From contig NC_087436.1 of the NCBI RefSeq assembly GCF_036321535.1, positions 57,662,001-57,726,000 of the forward strand: a stretch of 64,000 nucleotides of DNA. The letters are read 5' to 3'. The position numbers were made by a program, and so were the translations under genes. The DNA is from Camelus dromedarius (taxonomy: Eukaryota). The notes beneath the pieces are model-generated. The model did not search any database and was not told the origin of the DNA. It was given only the letters and a program-made list of their open reading frames with translations. Positions 25,735 to 39,229 of this stretch are shown here, in pieces (the stretch's first letter is position 1; the number at the start of each line of letters is the position of its first letter).

Positions 25735-26212
25735 TGTATGTCCACTATCTACTCTTTCCCCCTTCTGATAGCAGCCTGCCAGTTCTCTTGCGGAATCAGC
25801 ATTTCCCCACACTTATCTCCAGTATTTTACACTGAGCTGCTCCTTCCCTCAGTTCCCGAGGTGGGCACAGGGTGCAGGCTGGCACTGAGAGCGCCGCCTC
25901 CCCCCGATCACCCCCGTACTAAAACTGAGGCGCTCTGTTGAACTAATGGTAAAAGACAATCTATGTTTACAATGGGATGGATAAGAGGATGAAATCTAAG
26001 TCTGGACCTGCTGAAAGTTATTTTGCTGCCTAAAAAGGAGAGCCTGTCTGAGAACTGGGGAACTACAAAGGGAAACAGAGCTGAGAGATGGAGACAGTGA
26101 TGTCAAGGCCTGAGGAAATGAGCCTCGATCTCATCGCTGGATTGTTGTGAGCCAGTCAATTATCTTTTCACTTCAATTAGACTGTCATTTGCAACCAGAG
26201 GCACCTAATTAG
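25735..26212 (+). mobile_element. MaLR LTR (MLT1K-like)
   Basis: gagagcctgtctgagaa...acagagctgagagatggagac...gtgagccagtcaattatcttttcactt...ctgtcatttgcaaccagag. Confidence 0.7.
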
Positions 26213-26477
26213 TCTGGCTTAGAAAATAAAGGAAGGTTTGAAAACGATAGAGGATTCCTGAGCCTGTTTACAAGTGGTGGGGGAGGAGCAAAGGCGTGAA
26301 AAAGACTGAAGACATAAGAGAAAGAAGGGTAAAGAAAGGTCTGGGTACTTCAAATTTTACTCTATGCTGACTGGCCTCAGATATATCTGTCCATCCTAGA
26401 GCCCGTATGGGAACTCTAGACTCGTATCAAGTACTAATTTCATTTTCTGTTTGGATAACTCCCAGGGGTTGAATCCA

Positions 26478-26720
26478 CAGTTGTTAAGGGGATGGGCTCT
26501 GAAGTCAAACAACTTAAGCTCATATCTTAGTTCTCCCACTTATTAACCATGTGACCTTGAACAAGCTGCTCAGAGTCTCTGTTCCTGGGTTTTCTTATCT
26601 ATGGAATGGGGATAATAGTTATATCTATTTCACAGAATTGTTATGATTTCAGGAATCAGTACCAATAAAGCTTTAGAACAGCACCTGGCTATTTTAAAAT
26701 GTTAGCTACTATTATTACTC
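26478..26720 (+). mobile_element. MIR SINE
   Basis: gttaaggggatgggctctgaagtcaaac...ccacttattaaccatgtgaccttgaacaag...atggggataatagtt...ctttagaacagcacctggc. Confidence 0.85.
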
Positions 26721-26989
26721 ATTTCTACAATGTTAGTTTTGATTCCACACTCCTCACTCTCCACCCAAATATTTCCTTCCTTAGTTTTCCCTATGTCAGT
26801 AAATGATCCACTCTCAATTCAACTGTAGTGAGTGGCTGTGACCAAATATAACAAGCTATATAATCAATGAATTAGAAGCTTAAAAAGATGGGAGCAAAGC
26901 CCCAAAGTTTAGCCTTATAATAAGGATAGAACTTCTTTTAGATGGGGCTAAACTTAGCAGGCCTTCGTAGATTGGCTGATTTTATTAAA

Positions 26990-27700
26990 CAATGAGATGT
27001 CATTTGGAGGATTTTAAATAGAGAAATGTTATTATCTAATGTATATCTTAAAAGATCATTTGACTGCTAGTCATTCTTTTATGTACATGTATTTTCTTGA
27101 TACTTAAAGTTTCAGTGGTAAACCAAATGGATAAAATTTTTGCCTCAATTAAGCTTAGATTTCAGCAGAAGACAGATAAACAAGAAGGTACATAGTAAGA
27201 TGGTGACATGTGTTACAAAGAACAACAGAACAGGACAAGGCAGTGCTGAGGGGAGGAGTTGTGAATAGGCCTCTCTGATAACTTATCAGCAGACACTGTG
27301 GAAAAATGAGGTGGAGGGAGCGATATCTGGGGGACAGCAATCTAAGAAGATGAGACTGGAAGTAAAAAAGCCAATTTCAGCAAGCCTGAGGGAGAGCAAG
27401 GAGGTCTGCGGGCTTGGAGCATGGTGAGTGCGGGAGAGACAGACGAGGTCACAGGGGGAGTTAGGAGGCCAAAGGATGCCGATCGTTTTAAGGATGGTTT
27501 TTACTCTGAGTAGGACAGAAAAGCTAACCAGTGGTTTTTAGCAGAGGAGTGACTAGATCGCTCTGGCTGCTGTGTTAAAAATAGACTGAAGGCAGTTAAG
27601 AGTGGAAAGAGAGAAAAATGGAAACTCTTTAGTTGCAATCCAGGGGAGAGATGACCAGGGCTAGAAGTAAGGTAGTGAGTAGAGCTAAGGAAAAATGGGA
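26990..27700 (-). mobile_element. L2 LINE fragments
   Basis: catttgggaggattttaaatagag...aaaagatcatttgactgct and ttactctgagtaggacag...ctctggctgctgtgtt...tgcaatccaggggagagatga. Confidence 0.72.
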
Positions 27701-28884
27701 ACAAAGTCTTTTTCTGCTGCTGTGGCTGAAAAGAGAAAATAGAAAGCCTTTGGGTGAGAAGATATCATTGGCTTTGCTCTTTCTCTTTGCTATTCCCCAT
27801 CTAATCTATCAGCAAATCCTGCCAGTCTACCTTTAAAATATGTGTTAAACTTACTATATCTTTTTTAACGTGGAACCTGAGGAGGATTTTACCAATCTGT
27901 CAGTCAGCAGATAAGATGAAACCCACCTGCCTTCCCTGCAACACACGCCTGAATTCATTTTCTCGATTAATCTTCACAATAACTTAATTCCACAGAGGTG
28001 GAGGCTGCAACTCCAAGAAGTTAAACTCTCAGAGGCTCACATGGCTGGTAACTGTGTTCCCAGTATCCACAGCCAATGTCCGTTTCAATCCAAAGCCTTT
28101 GCGTTGCCACTAAGGATGAGAGAATAAGTGGAAGGATTTTGAGGTTGAAGAGTCAAAAAACCAAGGGATTCACCTTAGATTCTCATAGTCTTTGCAGTAA
28201 ACCACAAGTTTTAACAACTGAAAATGAGAAAGGTGTCAATGATGGAGAGTGGGACTAGGAATAGAGACTTGAAAAGTATGGAAAATATTTGAAGCAGCCA
28301 TTGTGGAGATTAAACTAAGAAATCAATAGCTAAGAAATTAAAGGACACTGGAGAATCAGTGAAGGCTCTGTCGACAGTGTTAGCTAGTAAAGTACTGAAG
28401 TGAACTCTGGCAGCCAAGTGCCATGACCCGCTACAGCAACAGCGCATTACCCTGCACAGGGTAGGAGAGAGCAGGGGTAAGGATGAACATAGGAAGCACC
28501 GAAAAGGACTGAGAGCTTGAGGATGACTTGAGTGGAAATACATCCTTATTTTGAGTTCCTAGAGAGAATTCACTTCCATTACTTTCATCATTTACTAGAG
28601 GCCATGAAATTTTGCCTGTTTTTTCAGAGACTCAGGAATCTGATTTCTGTTCTTTATTGGGGAGACTCTAGCTACTTTCCTTTTGTTTTGTTTTGCCAGT
28701 TACATGTGTGCTTTCTGAGGGGGATCTGTCCTGTCACTTCCACCAGGCAGACTTCACAGTATTTTCTTCTTGTGCACTTGGAGACCTGGCTAAACATTCC
28801 TCTTTACCCTCAAATCAACCAACCTCCTAATAGATTTCAGTATCAGCATAGATGCCCCTTATAATCATCATCTCGGGACATTTA

Positions 28885-29112
28885 TAAAAAATATTTTTTG
28901 AAGCAGTTTTAGATTTGCAGGAAAATCGAGCATACAGTACAAATAGTTGCCATATACCTTTCTCTGGCCTGTCTGGCTCCACCCCCAGCACAGTCTTCCT
29001 CATTATTATCATCTTGCATTGGTGTGGTACATTTATAACAACTGATGAGCCAATATTGAAACATTATTATTAACTAAAACCTATAGTTTGTACCAAGGTT
29101 CACACTTCCTGT
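28885..29112 (-). mobile_element. L1MC/MD-type 3' end fragment
   Basis: ttttgaagcagttttagatttgcagg...catcttgcattggtgtggtacatttataacaactgatgagccaatattgaaacattattattaactaaa. Confidence 0.8.
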
Positions 29113-29379
29113 GGGGAAGATACGATCTTTCTCAACTTCCCCACCTCTTGCCTACAGATTTAAGTATCACCAGACATATTCTCACAGCATTTCTTCAGTA
29201 TCAAAGACATATCTCTGTCCTATCAAAATCAGTTCTCAATCTAAGTTTTATTCTGTCTGCTCTGGGATCTTCATCCCTCACATACTAACTTCTCTTTCTT
29301 ATATTAAATTCTCTTTCTTTATTTTTCTTCCTCAGCCTATAATTATACTCAGGTTTCTCTTAATCTAAAAACAAACAAG

Positions 29380-30591
29380 GCTATAGGCAAAACATTATCT
29401 CACATACATTTCAAAAACGTTCTCCTAGGGCAGTCTACCCAAGCAATAGAAATAAAAGAAAGAATAAACAAATGGGACCTAATTAAACTTAGAAGCTTTT
29501 GCACAGCAAAGGAAACCGTAAGTAAAACAAAAAGACAACCTACAGAATGGGAGAAAATTTTTGCAAATGATGAAACCAACAAAAGCTTGATCTCCAGAAT
29601 ATATAAGTATCTCATATGACATAATAAGAAAAAAACAAACAACCCAATCCAAAAATGGGCAGAAGACCTAAACAAACAATTCTCCAAGGAAGACATACGA
29701 TAGGTCAATAGGCACATGAAAAAATGCTGAATATCACTAATTATCAGAGAAATGCAAATCAAAACTATAATGAAGTATCACCTCACACCAGTCAGAATGG
29801 CGGTCATTCAAAAATCCACAAATGACAAATGCTGGAGAGGCTGTGGAGAAAAGGGAACCCTCCTACACTGCTGGTGGGAATGCAGTTTGGTGCAGCCACT
29901 GTGGAAAACAGTATGGAGATTCCTCAAAAGACTAGGAATAGACTTACCACATGACCCAGTAATCCCCTCCTGAGCATATATCCAGAAGGAACCCTACTTC
30001 AAAAAGACACCTGCACCCCAAGGTTCATAGCAGCACTATTTACAATAGCCAAAACATGGAAACAGCCTAAATTTCCATTAACAGATGACTGGATAAAGAA
30101 GAGGTGGTGTATTTATACAATGGAATACTATTCAGCCATAAAAAACAACATAACACCATTTGCAGCAACATGCATGGACCTGGAGAATGTCATTCTAAGC
30201 GAAGTAAGCTAGAAAGAGAAAGAAAAATACCATATGAGATTGCTTATATGTGGAATCTAAAAAAAAAAAAAAATGAACATAAATACAAAACAGAAACAGA
30301 CTCATAGACACAGAACACAAACTTGTGGTTGCAAAGGGGGTGGGGGGTGGGAAGGGACAGACTGGGATTTCAAAATTTGTAGATACTGACAGGCATATGC
30401 AGAATAGATAAACAAGATTATACTGTATAACATAGGGAAATATATACAAGATCTTGTGGTAGCTCACAGCGAAAAACAAAATGTGACAATGAATGTATGT
30501 ATGTTGATGTATAACTGAAAAATTGTGCTCTACACTGGAATTTGACACAACATTGTAAAATGACTATAACTCAATAAAAATTGTAAAAAAC
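29380..30591 (+). mobile_element. Young 5'-truncated L1 (about 1.2 kb; ORF2 C-terminus, 3'UTR, polyA signal) with target-site duplication
   Basis: ORF2 remnant ...[18 protein letters not shown]...[52 protein letters not shown] with stops. G-rich 3'UTR tract, AATAAA near 30573, TSD AAACAAACAAG at 29369-29379 and 30592-30602. Confidence 0.95.
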
Positions 30592-30609
30592 AAACAAACA
30601 AGACAACAA

Positions 30610-31500
30610 AAACTCCACCAACTTTTGTCCCACTCTTTCCCATCTAAACTTTCTGAAAGAGTAATATACTCCTTGCGTGTTGGTTTCACCTTTTTACCTC
30701 CAAGTTTTTCCATAATCTTTTGCAGTCAACCTTCTTCTCCCATCGTGCTACCAAAACACATTGGGCTTAGGTCACCAACAACTTCCAGACAGCCAGCCTA
30801 GTGGATATCTGATAGTCCTTCCGACTGTGAATATCCCACAGACACATCCAGCTCACTTCTCACCCTATTCTAAACTGACTTCACAGCTTTCCTCTCCAAA
30901 TCTTTTTAAAATCAATCTCTTTCCCAATGAATTACACACCATTGTCTTATTTATTCATACTATGAACCTAGGAATTATCTTTGACTCCTTCCTTCCCTTC
31001 ACCTAAGTGAATAAATTCTGTTGATCCTACCTTCTTTTTGCCTCTACTTCCATATTTTTCACCCCACCCACATTGTTAGTGTCTGAGGACAGATTCTCAT
31101 CACTTGCTTTGGAGAGCAACAAGGGCCTCCCACAATCTTGGCCTGCTTTCCATACTATTTTCCATGTTTCTCCTTTTGCTTATGCTCTTCTGTTTATCAG
31201 AAGACACTCCTTGCTTTTGGTCAGTACCACTTTACCTAGGTAATTACTACTGATGTCCTGTCATCCATAAACACATCTCCTTCTTTAGGGAGTTTACCCT
31301 TCGCTATCCCCACAGTGTTCCGTGCGTGCCTTTAACAACAAACTTACTACATTGTACTGTAATTACTTGTTCAAGGTCTGTGTTTCCTATTAAGCTAAGA
31401 GCTCCTCAAGGGCAAGAACCAAGTCTTGTTTATCTTTGTGTCTCCAGTGCCTAACGTAGTGCATATCTACCACCTAGAAACCATCGATGAACCGTGTTTG
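30610..31500 (+). mobile_element. L2 LINE fragments to 3' end
   Basis: aggtcaccaaca, aacctaggaattatctttgactccttcc, ctaagagctcctcaagggcaagaaccaagtcttgtttatctttgtgtctccagtgcctaac. Confidence 0.75.
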
Positions 31501-32029
31501 CTAGAGGCACCCTCACCTCACTCAAAGTGGCATTGCTCCATATGCCTTGAACATAGCATTAATGTTTGTTAACTGATACTTGTTTTAAAATATTTACAAA
31601 ACCCTGAGGTAAATATATATTTTCTATGGTGAATGTGTTGAATTAAAATATCTATAATGGAAATATATTTACCTTTCAGCACCAACGAACTGCTGAACTG
31701 TGTCAATTGTTAAAAATGAGGAAACCTGTGTAGCTTAAGGCAGGCAAGTTTCTTCTGTTTAGTCCTGGAGACTCTTTGTTCTTCAGGCAATGATGTTATT
31801 GGCATTATAATCACTAAATAGTATCTAATCATCAATATCATATTATGACATAGCTACCTTTGAAAAGGATCTTTACCCTTGTGAAACTACAGAGCTATAA
31901 TTTAGTCTGCTTGTTCTTCCTTCTGTTCCATTTCCTGGGTTCTGGTTTTACTCCACTGTTACATCTGTTTTCCTGGGGGTGAATCTCTGGCCATATAATG
32001 TAGCACTTGATATTATTTACAGTGAGGAC

Positions 32030-32770
32030 ATAGCAAATCTTTTCCTTCATATAACCCCCAAAGGAATTTTTAAACTATGTTATCTCTTCATACTTGTAAC
32101 TGACATGTTAAATTTACATTCATTTATATAATCAGAAAGGATGCAATTCCTAGGCAGTACTGGTCATTGCCTATTGTTTCTCAACCCCCCAATTACCACT
32201 TTTACTCTGCTTTGTACTGTCAGCCTCACAGTGACGTGACTCCGCAAGCCATACTTCCCAGGCTCCTTGGCTACCTGGCCTCCTCTTAATTTCCACCAGA
32301 GGGAAGCTGCTGAGGATCTCTGAATGCAGAAGAAAGAGAAGAACCTTCTGCTTGGTTATTTCAGTGGCCGCAGCAGCAGTGTCAGGAGGTGATTCCCAAC
32401 TCCAGCAGCTGGGCAGAGGCAGCATCCTTTTGGCAAATCCAGCCCTGGTGGAGGGGCAGCTCCTTGGCAGAAACATAGTCAGCTGGAGCACTAGCAGCTC
32501 CTGGTATCTGCGTTTCACGCCTCCTCCTTTGCTCTTTCATTCCCTCCAATACCTTTGTCATCAATCCCTGTACTAAATCTCTCTTCTTTGAAATTTCAGG
32601 AGTGGTTTCTGTTTTCCTGACTGGACACTGACTTATGTGTGTTGTGTTGTAAGCACTGACAATTTAAAATAAAGTCATCCTTTAAAATGTACCCACTGGA
32701 ATCTAAATATTATAGTGACTTGAACCCCCACTTTTCTCTAATATGTGGAACATTTACATCCTTTTTGTTT
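32030..32770 (+). mobile_element. hAT-Charlie DNA transposon fossil (MER113-like) interrupted by the LTR
   Basis: ataacccccaaaggaatttttaaactatg...aaaggatgcaattcc [LTR] tgttgtaagcactgacaatttaaaataaag...aaatgtacccactggaatctaaatattatagtgacttgaaccccca. Confidence 0.6.
32150..32638 (+). mobile_element. ERVL LTR (LTR33-like)
   Basis: caagccatacttcccaggctccttggctacctggcctcctcttaatttccaccagagggaagc...tccctgtactaaatctctctt...gtggtttctgttttcctgactggacactgact terminus. Confidence 0.75.
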
Positions 32771-35700
32771 TGTCTTTGAGCTATATTTATATTCCACTTC
32801 ACCCTTACAAAATTTTTATCCAAATATAATACAAATGCATGCTTAAAGTCTTTTCCTGTTTATCAAATTATATTTTTGTGTCAAAAATATCTCTGTTAAA
32901 ATTAAAATCTCTACTGAATAACCTGTGACCATAAATTTGATGGTATAAAACATTTCTTTTGGATTGACATCATTATATTAATACATAATGTGGTACTTCA
33001 TTAGCCATAAAAGTAAAACTTTATTAGAAATGAAGCTTTTTATGATATGAGTGGAACTTTTATTTTTTAATTAATTCACATATTCTATGAGTTTATAATT
33101 TAAACGAAGTAGGAGTTAGCACCAGGGTTAGATTTCTATGTTTTTTTCATTTTTATAGAAACCTTGCTCATATGAATGAACAGATAAAAAGAGAGGAAGT
33201 TTTGTTTGTTTATTTAGCAATGTCACTCAGTTCTATTCTATACGTAGAAAATTACTGTGATCTAGCATCAGAAGAACTCTGTAACGGTCTAGCATTTGAC
33301 AGCTTAAGTTCTTTTTCTTTCTTTTACTTTCACTTTTTATTTTTTCTACATGAAACCATCTGACTTATAAAAGAATTGTAGTAACACCAGTATTTCCACT
33401 GTCCCTTAGTTTGTGCTTCAGAGAATATTTACACCCAGAGCTACATGTCATAATGATTTTGCCTGTATGAAAGAGGTGCTCTTTATTTTATGAAGTAAGG
33501 GAAGGATGACTGTATAAGGGATGAGGTAAATAAGAAATACCAGGGTCATGTTTTCAGGCGGGTCATTTTAGGAAGGATTACTTATAGGAACTGAGAATAA
33601 GGAAATTTATTTCTGTCAAGCTACCTGTATCAGTTTGCCCCTTAGAAAGTCCTCTAGTACCTCTGAGGTATGACTATCCCACTTCAAAGGCTCCTGACTT
33701 TGGAGAACGGTACCTAAAGAAGGAACAAAATAATAGAACACACAGCTAATTCATATTCCTCTTTCACTGTTTTCTTAATTTTTTGTACTTCTATCTAAAC
33801 TTGATATACTTGTTACTTTCTATGGTATAAAGTTCTCTGTGGTCCTTTCACTTCTGCTTTTCCCTTTTGAACCAGGGGAAAATAATTTATCAGCCACATT
33901 AACTCACCCGTAACAATTTCTCCTGCACCGAGCAGAACATCTCTCTCATTTGTCTATTTCACACTGAAACATCTTTTGGCCAGATCTGTGTGCTCATAAA
34001 TTTTAAGAGCATATTAATTGCAGAAAGTTATAAAAGTAGTGGGAATGGAGGAGACTTTGCTACACTGTTAGTTTTTAAATAGACTCAATATATACATGTA
34101 GGCGATTACTTGCCCTCTCTGTCTGTATTTCCTTGTCTAAGAATCATGTATATACTGAACCCTAACATGTAGTTTTAGTGGGAAGACCCTTTAACATGAG
34201 ATCAAACCAACTCTGAAGCCTCAGTGCCAACCTCAAAAATCACAGCTGAACAATCATAAGAAATCAGAAACTTTCCAAGTTCCCTCTTTGACTTGTTTTT
34301 AATGTGTTTTCCAGAATCACCATGACAAAAACACTTTTAATTTTGATTTCCTCTTAGGAAGGCAGACAATCTTGTTAATTTTAGAAGCCTTATTGTCACG
34401 CACAGGGCTATTCGATGGCAATATTTACTGTTATTTAAAATATTCTTAGATTCATGAAAAATGTCTACACTAGTGAAAAATAGATAACAGTAATAAGCTT
34501 ACTTTTCTGGAGCTCTGTCATAACATTATTACGCCATTTCAATAGTGCTATTTTGCTTTACAGGAATAAACAAGCCTGATAAAACTTTTAATAAGATGAA
34601 TCTTGTTAGGCAACCTAAATTGCTTTCTGATATTTTACTGGATTACTATTTATATACTTTCATTGACATTTTAAGTTGCTGAAAATTAAAGCAGACGTTT
34701 CTATGGGTAATAAATAATCAGAATACAGTTAAGGAGAGTATTAGGTACCCTCAGCATCTTTGCAGTCATTCTGTAATGCCGACTGCCCTTTCCTTCTTAA
34801 AATGTTATTTTCCTTCGACTTTCCTGATGCCACATCTTCTCAGTTTTCTTCTTAGCTCTCTGCCTGCTCCAACAAACTCTTAGGTAGCCTTCTCCTCCTT
34901 TACTTGCTTAATAAGTATTTCTTAAAGCCCAGTCAGAATGGCTAAATATCTTGAATAAAATAAAAATCTAGTTGCAATAAATAGCATGTTTATGAAGAAC
35001 AACATACTATTGCTTGTGTGTGGTTTTTACATAATAAATTCTTAAAATGTTTTAAAAATTATAGTTGGAAGTCACCTTTCCACTAACATGCGTGTAACTC
35101 CTCATTTTACAGGTGAGAAAGAAAGTCTCAAAAAATTTAACTAACTAGAGCAAGCGCACAACCACACTAAAATCAGCACCAACATTAGACTAATTCCAAT
35201 GCTTTTCACTTTTCACTTGCATTCAGCAAGTGAAGTTTGTTAGTATGATAACTCTTAAGGATTTTATCTACTATTTCTATAAAATAAACATACGATGTTT
35301 CTTCTCTTTCTTGAACTTTATTTTAATATGAAGGCTCACTTGGGTTCAGTTCAGGCAAGACCCCTCAGAAATACAAAGCCAAAACAGTTGTGGGTTTATA
35401 ATAAAGAAATAAAAGATACATAGTCGTGATTTTAATAAAAGGGATGAGGATGGATCATTCCTGCTTTCCTATTAAAATAATGATATTAATGTTTTTCACA
35501 CAAAATTCCATATGTAATGGGGTTAGTAAATAAACTGATGTCAGTAAAGTTTTAAAGGATATAAAAACAGCTTTATTGTTTTTCCTATCACTGCTTTCAA
35601 AACCTTTAATTTTTTTCTTTTCTACATCTCTTGGAAACAACACAGATCTTTTAGTTTTTTGAATACTTTTAAGCATTCCAGAAATAATTCCAGTCCAGGC

Positions 35701-35789
35701 AATGATAAAATAATCTTTTGTTGGATTAACCTAACAAAGAATGATGACTGTAAATTCTGGATCTAATTTTTAAAAAACACAAATTAAAG

Positions 35790-38440
35790 AGACTACCTAT
35801 CAACCAAAAGCAGGCATAAACTGGAAAGTGTTCAAGCCCTGAAAGATGGTAACTGCTCTGGGTGAGAGCCACTTTTATATGGCTTATTCACTGAGGACCC
35901 ACCTCAGTTTAGGCAACAAGGGGTAGCTGGAGCTTAAGCAGAAAGTCAGAGTCTCATTAGCTTAATGTGTCAGAGACTGGTGTTTGAGGCAGCCAGGGTA
36001 TCCAGAAATCAAAAGGCGAATCACAGAAAGTAGGGAGCCACAGAGAAACAAGCCCCCAGATGTATACATAAACTTTCCTCAAATCCTTGGCTGACTCGTA
36101 GCCAGCAGGTGAGTAAGAATGACCCTACAAAAAAAAAAAAAAACAGCAGAAAGCAACATCCAAAAGGATAGAAGATCTGAACAAAAGACTCTTGCCACCT
36201 ATGGTGAGGGAGATAGAAATAATATGTTGAGTCCTATCAGAAAGGCTTGGTAATAATCATAGGCTTTCCACAAAACTCCATAAGGCTGTGTTTAGGAATA
36301 CAGAGACTGCCAGCACTAAGGGATTTGTCCTAGGAATTAAAGTAAAATCAAAAAGGCCTGCCTTAACAGTCTGTAAAACCAAACCTCCACAGATTCAAGG
36401 GTAACTGATAGTAATTTAACAAACTGCTGGAACAAAAGTCAATCCTCTTTAGAGTATACAACCTAAGAGACATAATCTCAAGTCTCAACAATGTACCAAC
36501 CACAGTGTTCAGTTCCAAGCAAATGTGAAGAAACAGGAATATGAAGAAGGAGGAAAATGTGAACTATGGTTAACAGAAAAACCAGTCAATATAAACTTAC
36601 CCTGAGATGACAGAGGTGTTGAAATTGTAGCAGACAAGGACTTTAAGGCAGCTATGATAAATATGATCAAGGACATAACAGGAAAGATGGTTAAAATGAC
36701 TAAGAAGATGGGGAATCTCAGCAGAAAAATGAAAATTATTTTTAAAAAGTTAAAATTCTAGAACTGAAAAATAAGCTATCTAGAATAAAAAAGTTACTAA
36801 ATGGACTTAACAGAAAATTTGAAATGATGAAGAAAGAATCAGGAAACCTAAAAGCAGATGAGATAAATGATCCAATCTAAAGGTAAGAGGGTAAAACATT
36901 ATAGTAAAATAAATAAGGTCTCAATGACCTAGAGACAATATTAATAAGGTCTAACTTGAATGTTCTCTGAGTCTCAAATAAAGAGGAGAAAGAGAAGGAA
37001 GAAAGTAAAAAATATTTGTGAAATAATTGTCAAGATTTATTAAATCTAGTGAAACATATCCCAGAAGCTCAGTGAACCCTTAACAAAGATAAATACAAAG
37101 AAAATCATAGTTAAATACCAAAACCATCAAAAATGGAAACAGAATTGTAAAAATGGCCACTCCTGTGCTAAAAAAAAAAAAAGAACAAAGGTACAAATGA
37201 TGGCTAACTTCTCATCAGAAACAATATTTGGCAAAAGACATAGAATGGCATCTTTAAAGTCATTAAAAAAAATTATATATGGTGATGAATGTTAACTAGA
37301 CTTACTGTGGTAATCATTTTGCAATATATACAAGTACCAAATCATTATGTTTTATACCTGAAATCAATATAATGCTTTGTGTCACTTATACTGTGAAATA
37401 ATAATAAAATACATTTATTACTACTAGAAAAATTGTTGAATAATAACTTTATTTTGATTTTTAAAATAAAAGGTTGCTCTTGCTTTAAAATCACCAGCCT
37501 TGATATTAGGAATAATACTACTGCACTTATAATTTTTTTCTTAGACAATAAAAAAAGTATGAAGAAAAATATATTTTGATTATAAGTGACTATGTTCTGA
37601 GATTCTCAGTGCTCTTGTCAAACATAAATCTAAATCAGCAATATCCCTATTTGAAAGCACTAAGACAAAAAGTATTCAGAAAAAAATTAACCTGTCAACT
37701 CAGAGTTTGCTATATGCTAATAATATTGTTCAAAAAATAAGGGTAAAGAAAGAAATTTTAAGGTAAGCTAAAGTTGAGAGTATTGCCACTTATAGGACTG
37801 CACTTTAAGACATTCTAAAAGTTCTTCAGGAAGTAAATGATACCAGGTAGAAGCTCAGATACATAGAAAGGAATAAAAAGCCCCAGAAATAGTAGATAAG
37901 AGGTTAAATACCAGAAATTGTCTTTTTTCCCTTCATACTTTTAAAAGTCAATTTATTATTTCAATAAAACACTATGACATTTTCCTTTGGAGTTCATAAA
38001 ATATAAATACATAACACATAATGTAACAAATTATATTGTTGTAAGTTATTACTTTTTTAATGTGAAATGGTATAATATTAATCTAGATAAAATGTGATAA
38101 GAATGCACATTACTATCTCTAGAGTAACCACAGACAAGGAAAAATACAAAGAAATTCAACTAAAAAGCAAAGAGGGAAATAAAATCAAACACTAAAAACA
38201 TTCAATTAATCCAAAGGAAGGCAAAAAAAGAAGGAACAGTGGGGAAAAAAAATAGAATACATAGAAATCAGATACTAAATTATGAACTTAAACGTGACTA
38301 TTCAACAACCCATCAGGAAGACATAATAATTAAAAGTGTGTATGCACCTAATAACAGAGCCCCCCAAATAAAGTGAAAACCAACAGAAATAGAGATAAAG
38401 AAATATAGAAGTTTAAATACTTCTCTGAGAATTGCAAGAA
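35790..38440 (+). mobile_element. Old L1 5' portion (5'UTR, ORF1 and start of ORF2 endonuclease), interrupted by other inserts
   Basis: A-rich strand; ORF1-like tagcagacaaggactttaaggcagctatgataaatatg, atcccagaagctcagtgaaccc, aacttctcatcagaaacaat. Endonuclease motif HQEDIIIKSVYAPNNRAP at about 38311-38364. Confidence 0.8.
37275..37412 (+). mobile_element. Short L1 3' terminus nested in the older L1
   Basis: atggtgatgaatgttaactagacttactgtggtaatcattttgcaatatatacaag...aatcattatgttttatacctgaaatcaatataatg...aataataaaa. Confidence 0.8.
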
Positions 38441-38869
38441 CAAGGAGTAAAATATAAGGATAAATTTACTTTATTTAGATCCATGAACTAAATGATTAGT
38501 TCCTAAGTGATCAGAATCTTATTTATTTATTCTTCAAAACTGCATTTTAAAATGAACACAATGACAGGAATTGTGTTTGGAAATTGCATTATGACTTCAT
38601 CAAGTTATCATATACTGAAAAAAATGTTTAGAGTATAACTTTGGTAAAGGTAAATCCTTGCTCTAGATACTTTTCTATTATCAGGAATATTTAAAAATTT
38701 AGCTTTATATTGTTACCATTTTTTCCTTCCACAAAGTTCATGAAATAGTACTGGTTGAGACTTCTCCACTCAACATGGCCACCCAGTGCTTTGTCTTGCA
38801 CTCATTTTATATGAAATTAGCTCCCAAGGGTTATAGTGACCCTTTAGATACGTGATAATAAACCAATCA

Positions 38870-39229
<360 letters not shown>

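Noticed and set aside
25860..25935. Small CpG-containing GC-rich patch as a CpG island or promoter
   Set aside because: Under 100 bp and inside an MLT1-like LTR.
29400..30548. ORFs of 67-120 aa on both strands as genes
   Set aside because: They are sense and antisense readings of a stop-interrupted L1 ORF2 and 3'UTR.
32171..32576. Three overlapping ORFs (115, 74, 60 aa)
   Set aside because: They lie within an LTR33-like element; stop-codon scarcity follows from higher GC.
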